DNA of 64,000 nt from an uncultured archaeon (GTDB taxonomy: Archaea > Asgardarchaeota > Thorarchaeia > Thorarchaeales > Thorarchaeaceae): contig CAZLEV010000006.1 of NCBI GenBank assembly GCA_964558645.1, positions 1-64,000 on the forward strand. Direction: 5' to 3'. How positions within the stretch are numbered: position 1 is the first letter of the stretch; each line of letters begins with the position of its first letter. The position numbers and the translations under genes were made by a program. The notes under the pieces are model-generated. The model did not search any database, was not told where the DNA came from, and worked only from the letters and a program-made list of their open reading frames with translations. Below are positions 59,869 to 64,000 of the stretch, one piece after another.

Positions 59869-60589
59869 CATGATCATCAATGAGAATCCTTGCATCAATG
59901 ACGAGAGCACCTTCACCTTCTTCATAGACAAATGTGGGATTACAGTCGAGTTCCGTAATCTCAGGATTCTCATCCACCATTTTAGAAACTGATAAGATGA
60001 CATCAATGAGCGCATCTATATCTCTGGGTTTCTGCCCTCTCACACCTTCGAGAATCTTCGACGCTTTGATCTCCTGCACCATCTCCCTTGCATCTGTTTC
60101 GCTAAGCGGGATAAGTCGAAAAGTCACATCCTTTAGGACTTCCACAAAAATGCCGCCGAGGCCGAACATAAGGGCGTGTCCAAACTGCGGATCTTCCGTG
60201 ACACCTACGATCACCTCAGTTCCCATATCTGCAAATTGTGAGATGAAAACACCACGACTGAGATCAACAGTCAGATTGTTTCTCCGACCGTACTCCCTTG
60301 CGTTTTTCATTATTTCATCGAATGCTTCGGTGACTTCTTCATCGCTTTTCAGGTTGGTTTTCACCCCGCCGGCATCAGACTTGTGAAGAATGTCCTTGGA
60401 GAGAATCTTCAGCACAACTGGATATCCGATCTTATTCGCTTTTTCCACTGCCTCATCAGCAGTAGCCGCAGTATCGTATTCTGGAATCGGAATTCCATAG
60501 GTACTCATGATATCCTTTGCCTCGTGCTCAAGGACGAAAGACCGTCCTTCCTTCCTTGCCTCTTCGAATATTCTCTTTGCAACTTTCAT
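59858..60589 (-). CDS. acdB: ADP-forming acyl-CoA synthetase beta subunit (ATP-grasp)
   Basis: GYPVVLKI.S.DILHKSD.GGV, DPQFG, ELDCNP. Confidence 0.92.
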   Translation of the reverse strand: MKVAKRIFEEARKEGRSFVLEHEAKDIMSTYGIPIPEYDTAATADEAVEKANKIGYPVVLKILSKDILHKSDAGGVKTNLKSDEEVTEAFDEIMKNAREYGRRNNLTVDLSRGVFISQFADMGTEVIVGVTEDPQFGHALMFGLGGIFVEVLKDVTFRLIPLSETDAREMVQEIKASKILEGVRGQKPRDIDALIDVILSVSKMVDENPEITELDCNPTFVYEEGEGALVIDARILIDDHANH

Positions 60590-60634
60590 GACAATTCCAG
60601 ACCTCTCTCTGTCGTTCTCAAGAGCCTCTGCTAT

Positions 60635-62056
60635 TTATGAATTGTTCACCGTCTTCTTGAAGGCCTCACCATACTTCACTTCCCCATATTTGGCCAGGGC
60701 TTTGGCTGCCAATGCTGCTCTCTCGCCTGTATCATATGTTGGAACCCCCATCAGCTCCATTATCTCTCCAGCTTTGATTGTGAATCCTCCGCCCATAGAA
60801 ACGACCACAAATGGAACACCAGATGCTCTCTGATGATTAGCAATTACATTTGTGATGTCCATCCCTAGGCTTGGCGTCTGCATCAGCATTCCCACGAGAA
60901 CGATGTCATATTCTCCGGTCTTCAGTGTCTCTTCGAACACGGCATCATAACGTGATGAATCGCTGTCGCCCACAACATCCACAGGATTACCTATGGCGCA
61001 GTATCCGGGCAACCTCTCACGCATTCGCTCTCTCAGTTGTGCAGAGGGATGAGGTATACTCAGCTCAAGCGCCTCAAGAGCGTCTGTCGTCATCACTCCC
61101 AGCCCTCCTCCATTTGTTATCATAAGTACCCTGTCACCTCTGGCAGGAGGTTGCATTGACAGCGCCTTTGCCATGTCAAACATCTGTTCGAAGTTATCTG
61201 CTCTGATGATACCAGCCTGTCTGTATGCCGCGTCGGCTATGTTGTCAGATCCAGCCAGTGAGCCAGTGTGCGAGCTTGCTGCCACCTTTGCACGTTCCCC
61301 CCTTCCTGATTTGACTACCAGCACCGGCTTCTCAGAGGTAACGGTCTTCGCATGCTCAAAGAAGGACCGTCCCTTTCCTGGGTCATATCCCTCAGTGTAG
61401 AAACAGATGACTTGGGTAGTGGAGTCCGCTGCGAGATAGCGGAGCAAATCATCATCATCCACATCACATTTGTTGCCCAGACTGATGATTTTGCTGATTC
61501 CTAGACCAAGTTCGGCAGTCCAGTCAGAGATGGCCGCCGCAAATGCACCCGATTGGGACACAAGAGAGATGTTCGCCACGTTGCTGGCCTTCGGGCGAGC
61601 ACATCGAAACTCGGGAAGAAAGAATGTGTCAATCTGCGTGGTTGTATCTATGACACCAACACAATTGGGTCCAATAATCTTGATGCCATTCTCTCTCCCG
61701 ATTCGTACAATCTCATCCTCAAGCTCTGCGCCCTTTGGCCCGGTTTCTGAGAATCCCCCTGAGATGACAATTGCAGCTTTTGTGCCCTTCTTGGCTATGT
61801 CTTCGAACACCATTGGTGCGATTCGGGCAGGAACTGCAACAACGACCATGTCTACGGGGCCGGGTATCTCCTGAAGTGATGGGTAACAGGGTACCCCAAG
61901 AACTTGGTCGTATTTCGGATTCACCGCGTAGACTCTACCAGTGTACTGCGGTTTAATGAAGTTCTGGAGGATGGCCTGACCAACGCTATTAGGGGTGGCC
62001 GAAGCACCATAGATGGCTACATTTCTTGCATTGAAGAAAACATCAATCTCTGTCAT
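60635..62056 (-). CDS. acdA: ADP-forming acyl-CoA synthetase alpha subunit
   Basis: GPNCVG, SQSGA, SHTGSLAG, NPVDV.GD. Confidence 0.93.
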   Translation of the reverse strand: MTEIDVFFNARNVAIYGASATPNSVGQAILQNFIKPQYTGRVYAVNPKYDQVLGVPCYPSLQEIPGPVDMVVVAVPARIAPMVFEDIAKKGTKAAIVISGGFSETGPKGAELEDEIVRIGRENGIKIIGPNCVGVIDTTTQIDTFFLPEFRCARPKASNVANISLVSQSGAFAAAISDWTAELGLGISKIISLGNKCDVDDDDLLRYLAADSTTQVICFYTEGYDPGKGRSFFEHAKTVTSEKPVLVVKSGRGERAKVAASSHTGSLAGSDNIADAAYRQAGIIRADNFEQMFDMAKALSMQPPARGDRVLMITNGGGLGVMTTDALEALELSIPHPSAQLRERMRERLPGYCAIGNPVDVVGDSDSSRYDAVFEETLKTGEYDIVLVGMLMQTPSLGMDITNVIANHQRASGVPFVVVSMGGGFTIKAGEIMELMGVPTYDTGERAALAAKALAKYGEVKYGEAFKKTVNNS

Positions 62057-62197
62057 TGAATCATCTGACAACGATATCACCCTGAGCCCACTGCTGAGCA
62101 ACGACCATGTTTCGATACAAGTAGTACTTGTAATTTCTCATGTGGTAGTCATCATAACTCTAATAGCGTCAGCAACTCCAGTTGAACAAGGTTCATC

Positions 62198-63202
62198 TTG
62201 CCATTTGATATCATAAGAGAAGGAGAAGAGATTCTAGAGCTGAAGGAAGATCAGCTGGAATCGACAATGCATTCTGCATTCCAAATGAGAAGAGAGAGGT
62301 TTGGTTCAACTCTCTATTGTTATGGTCCAACAAGCTACCCTTATAGTATCAACGAACACATACAGGCGAACAAACACAATTTTCCTTCGTTAAGCGTGAC
62401 CGGCACAAGCTGTGCACTAAGGTGCGAGCATTGTGATGGGCGATTATTGAAAGGGATGAATGCAGCGTTATCTCCCGAGGAAATGCTGGTTCGATTCTCA
62501 GAGATAGTTGAAAGTGGTGGCAGAGGTGCTCTTGTCAGTGGTGGCTCCGATATGCGGGGAAGAGTGCCTCTTGGGCGGTTTAGAGATGCTATTGCTCGGG
62601 GCAAAGAGATGGGACTGGAAATCGTGGTTCACACTGGAATAGTTGATGAGCCCACAGCTGAGATGCTTTCGGCTGCATCAGTAGACGCAGTGATGCTCGA
62701 CATCATTGGTGATTCCAAAGTCATGGCAAAGGTGTATCACTTGAGGGACGGAAGGGAGGCCATGAATAGAAGTCTTGAGATCCTCCAAGCCCATGGTCTT
62801 CCTACAGTGCCACACATACTGGTAGGCTTAGACTATGGTGAACTGAGTGGTGAACTTATCGCCATTGACATGGTGTCTAGATACGATGTTGCGGGTCTTG
62901 TCATCATCGCTCTCAGTCCTCTTCGTGGCACCTCCATGGAGGGGGTGACCCCTCCCACTCCTAAAACAATCGGGCGTATATTGACCATTGCACGCTTTGG
63001 ACTACCTGAAACACCCATTTTACTTGGTTGTGCACGTCCAATCGGCCAACACAAGATCCTCACCGACAAATATGCTATTGATTCGGGAGTGAATGGAATC
63101 GCCTATATTAGTCAGGAAGGAGTCGACTATGCCAAGGAGCAATCACTGGAACCGGTCTTTCAGGATATATGTTGTAGTCTTGCATTTCAGAATTACGAGT
63201 AG
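62198..63202 (+). CDS. Radical SAM protein, LipS1-like (COG1856)
   Basis: SVTG..CALRCEHC, LGCARP, C-terminal CC. Confidence 0.75.
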   Translation: MPFDIIREGEEILELKEDQLESTMHSAFQMRRERFGSTLYCYGPTSYPYSINEHIQANKHNFPSLSVTGTSCALRCEHCDGRLLKGMNAALSPEEMLVRFSEIVESGGRGALVSGGSDMRGRVPLGRFRDAIARGKEMGLEIVVHTGIVDEPTAEMLSAASVDAVMLDIIGDSKVMAKVYHLRDGREAMNRSLEILQAHGLPTVPHILVGLDYGELSGELIAIDMVSRYDVAGLVIIALSPLRGTSMEGVTPPTPKTIGRILTIARFGLPETPILLGCARPIGQHKILTDKYAIDSGVNGIAYISQEGVDYAKEQSLEPVFQDICCSLAFQNYE

Positions 63203-63741
63203 AAGTGTTTCATCGATCGCCCTGCGAGCTCATAACCCAAATCAAAGGCCCATAGCCCGACCGCTGAGAGCAGAAAGTCAGGCCAGACAAGAGGTAGGAG
63301 TATAGCGGAAACCTTCAATGTGAACCTGTACTCAAAGAACAGTGATAAGACTGACTGATTGCGTCCATTTGCCCAGTTGTTTCCCAGTTCATCCAATACC
63401 GAAGCCAAGAAGAGTATGACAAGTGATGTCAACCATTGGCAAGACTCGGTGACAGGAGGAACGCCAAGCAGCACTAACGTGAGAAACATCACAACGAAGC
63501 CTATTCCAAACTGGGGGCGATTGACTTTTCCAGAGGCAAGAACTCCAAGGATGATTGAAACCATCAAGACCATGTCCCACTCAGATGTGCTCATTAAGAA
63601 GCCAAAGAGGAATCCGGAGATTCCAAGTGGAAACCACGCAAAATCAGATCTGTTAGCCTCATCCAGGAAATCATCCCCTATCTTGAGAGTGAGTCCTGCA
63701 AGACAGTATGCCAAGAGCACGAACAATACTTCTAACATCAA
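63193..63741 (-). CDS. Hypothetical integral membrane protein
   Basis: Several TM helices; K..DD and LDE motifs. Confidence 0.7.
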   Translation of the reverse strand: MMLEVLFVLLAYCLAGLTLKIGDDFLDEANRSDFAWFPLGISGFLFGFLMSTSEWDMVLMVSIILGVLASGKVNRPQFGIGFVVMFLTLVLLGVPPVTESCQWLTSLVILFLASVLDELGNNWANGRNQSVLSLFFEYRFTLKVSAILLPLVWPDFLLSAVGLWAFDLGYELAGRSMKHFYS

Positions 63742-63768
63742 AATCAGGCTTCTTCCTTGATTGATTGG

Positions 63769-63839
63769 TGGCTCCTCGGCTTAACTATGATTCGTCCTTG
63801 GGATAAACCCTCAGATAGCCAACATCGTCATCGGAGCCA
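63769..63839 (-). ncRNA. Box C/D 2'-O-methylation guide sRNA
   Basis: Minus strand: TGGCTCC-G-ATGACGA(C)-TGTTGGCTAT-CTGA(D')-GGGTTTATCCCA-AGGACGA(C')-ATCATAGTTAAG-CCGA(D)-GGAGCCA; 7-bp terminal stem. Confidence 0.78.
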
Positions 63840-63882
63840 ACACTAGGTAATGATAGCATTCTGATAAAACTTGACACACGTA

Positions 63883-63999
63883 CTATTGGAGTGTGACCGC
63901 AGTCCCTATTGCTTGCCCTGGGAGGTTCGTCCTGAATTTGGCTCTTACTGCACCACTGTTACCGTGGGGTCCCAAGATCTTGCCCAAGAATTCACGGCC
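63883..63999 (-). CDS. rpl35ae: 50S ribosomal protein L35Ae (eL33), 5' part outside the window
   Basis: [27 protein letters not shown]. Confidence 0.93.
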   Translation of the reverse strand, partial: GREFLGKILGPHGNSGAVRAKFRTNLPGQAIGTAVTLQ

Positions 64000-64000
64000 G

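Overview
Archaeal chromosome segment, most likely from an Asgard archaeon (Thorarchaeota-like). This is inferred from the eukaryotic-signature genes present: ribophorin I, Sec23/24-like, several roadblock proteins with a small GTPase, and an RPA32-like OB-wH protein. The left ~16 kb is accessory-rich. It holds a TnpB-carrying IS (IS607-like right end) inserted into a histone-deacetylase-family gene, a ~6.4 kb island between tRNA-Arg(TCT) and a degenerate copy of a tRNA 3' end, a P-type ATPase with an atypical ion site, and tRNAs with non-canonical introns. The middle and right are mostly housekeeping: gcvPA/PB, a MiaB-family methylthiotransferase, a SAMP, topo VI, rio1/dim2/nmd3/aIF1A/aIF2beta, fen1, EF-1beta, cdc48, hef, glmU, udg, uppS, acdAB, a LipS1-like protein and rpl35ae. 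The strongest candidates for undescribed systems are: (1) a cluster encoding a Sec23/24 (CPRas1-like, intact MIDAS) protein, three roadblock/LC7 proteins and an MglA-type GTPase; (2) a ribophorin-I homologue fused to a DOMON domain with an inserted FKBP prolyl isomerase, divergent from an Alg7/AglH-like gene; (3) a box C/D guide RNA, absent from the ORF track, that appears to target LSU rRNA helix 69; (4) a protein apparently made of four tandem AAA+-lid-like repeats. All assignments come from motif recognition by eye; no database searches were run.
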